64,000 nt of DNA, from positions 320,001-384,000 of the forward strand of contig CAWGED010000019.1 in NCBI GenBank assembly GCA_963821525.1. Direction: 5' to 3'. The DNA comes from an uncultured Gemmatimonadales bacterium (lineage in GTDB: Bacteria; Gemmatimonadota; Gemmatimonadetes; Gemmatimonadales; GWC2-71-9). The position numbers and the translations under genes were made by a program. Shown one piece after another: positions 62,285-64,000 of this stretch (its first letter is position 1; every line of letters begins with the position of its first letter). The notes under the pieces were generated by a model. The model had not been told where the DNA came from. It worked only from the letters and a program-made list of their open reading frames with translations, and did no database searches.

Positions 62285-63890
62285 CTATTTCACGTCGCTG
62301 AAGTAGGGGCTGCCGCTGATTGGGGTGCCGTCGAACGTGATATCGAGGCGGTCAGTACCCTTGGAAAACGGCAGGTACTGCGCCGAATAAGTCCCGTCGT
62401 TGTTATCCACGATCGTTGGGGTCGCGCTGTTGGTACCGGTCACTCGGATCAGGAAACGGCTGGCAAAGCCTCCGGTCTTGATGTCGTTGCCGAAAGCATC
62501 CCGGGTGTCGATCTCAATATCGGTGAAGCGGAGCCGCCTGCCCTTGGGGACGTTGGCGTCGGTAGTGGCGGGCGCCGGTATCCCGGAACCACCGTGATAT
62601 CTACTTCGTCGTCCAGCTGCACCGGCCCACCGATGCACCGACTCTCTTGGTTTCGGCAACCGTGGAAGAAAGGCTGCCGGTAGTCTGCCCGTTCGCATCG
62701 GTGACCTGAGTCGGCTGGGTCACCGTGTTACCGGAACCGCTCGCGGTAAGCGTGACGTTGAGACCCTGAACGGGCAGCCGGTCGAGTCTCGGATGGTGAC
62801 GGTGATGACCGAGCTACCGGTGCCCGCCGTGATCGTAAGCGGATTCGCGGAGATGGACGAGAGCGAGGCACTGGGTCCACGCTGCACCAGCCTGATGCTG
62901 TGGGATGTGGTGGTCAGATATCCCGGCGCGGCGAAGAGCAGGACGTAGTCGCCCGGTCGGTCCAAAGAGTGAGAGGTCGGAATAGACCGCGCGCCCCGCG
63001 CGCATCGGTAGTCACCGTCGTATGGCCATTGATCGTACCGCCGCCGCTCGCGACCGCCGCCGTTACCCGAACTCCCGAGATGGCCTGCGGCGCACCCAGT
63101 CCGGATCGGTCAGCTGAACCACTGGCTGCCGGGGGAATGGAATGTTGTGACGCGCTGTATCAGACGGCTGGGTCGTTACCTTGAGGATCGGGGGTGCGCC
63201 AGGAGTGGCCGTCGCCTTGAAGTCGATGGTGACGCCGGGGACAGGATCCAGCGTCGCGACCAGGCTCTGCTGGCCCGCTCCACCACCCAGGGTCCAAGCC
63301 GTCTCCGCTAGACCCGTGCTGTTCGACACCGAGCTGGTCGGGTCGACTCCGCCGGCTCCCGGATTCCAGACGACTGTGATGCCAGATACCGGATTGCCGT
63401 ACTTGTCCGTGACCTTGACGGCAAGCATGTCGGGCAGAAGCTGGCCGGTCTCGCCAACCTGTCCATCTCCCCCGGCGCGTACCAGCGCCTTGGCCGCGGC
63501 GGGAAGTGCGGTCGCGGTGAATACTGCGGGGTGGGAGATCCCGGTCGAATCGCCGACCCCGATTTGTACGGTCTGCGTACCCGACTGAGTTCCGAGAACC
63601 CACCGGAAAGCGAGCCGCCCCCCATCATCGGTCCGGGGGGCGGCAGCCTCTACCAATCCGCCATTGAGCAGATTGGTCCCTATAGGCTGCCCTGTAACCG
63701 GACGGCCTTGGAAGTCTGTGACCTTGATGATCAGGGAATCCTGGACGGTATCGCCGACGATGGCCTGCTGCGCCTGCCCCGAGACGACCGCAACCAATGC
63801 AGGATCCCCCTGCCGAGGCAGGACGAGGTCTTGTCCGCAGCCTGAGGTGAGGAGGATAAGGAAAGCAGGAAGCGCAGTGCGACGATCCAT
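62285..63890 (-). CDS. Lipoprotein with tandem bacterial Ig-like (Big_1) and filamin-like domains; several frameshifts
   Basis: Lipobox TSGC; VKVTDKYGNPVSG, WTLG, VTTQPS, DAFGN, DNNDGTYSAQY, ISGSPY. Confidence 0.75.
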
Positions 63891-64000
63891 GCTGACCGGT
63901 CCTGCCACGCTACAACACATTACTGGTAAACGGACTGCCGCTGATCTGGCCACCGTCGAGGGTTATGGTGATCGTATCAGCCCCGGCTTGAGCCGGCAAG

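Overview
GC-rich bacterial chromosomal segment, most consistent with a Gemmatimonadota-like organism (inference from PadR plus orphan duplicated ABC permease pairs, Ig-like lipoproteins and a DUF885 Tat substrate). About 50 protein genes are visible: the C-terminal part of an NdvB-like GH94 protein, an ATP-dependent DNA ligase, two RND efflux operons (MarR- and ArsR-linked), two PadR/ADOP permease loci, two ECF sigma modules, xth, beta-carbonic anhydrase, amidase, cyclophilin, a GT-C membrane glycosyltransferase and several secreted lipoproteins. Three tRNA genes (Pro-GGG, Thr-CGT, Leu-GAG) lack an encoded CCA. About 18 ordinary genes carry single-base frameshifts, most simply explained as long-read assembly indels. 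No CRISPR array, integrase, transposase or prophage was seen. Most interesting signals: (1) a ~170-nt structured leader at 18445-18608 with a loop pseudoknot and a mutually exclusive RBS-sequestering pairing, upstream of a protein with a short basic N-terminal module (DFKRLVRGRMQKTGESYTAAR) and a coupled sulfotransferase; (2) decayed tRNA-Pro copies interrupted by a repeated 25-nt palindromic element; (3) many intergenic 7-9-nt tandem repeat arrays, often as inverted arms or with drifting units; (4) a ZU5-like lipoprotein with an HFS autoproteolysis-type motif; (5) paralog-specific operator palindromes at PadR, ArsR and HTH genes.
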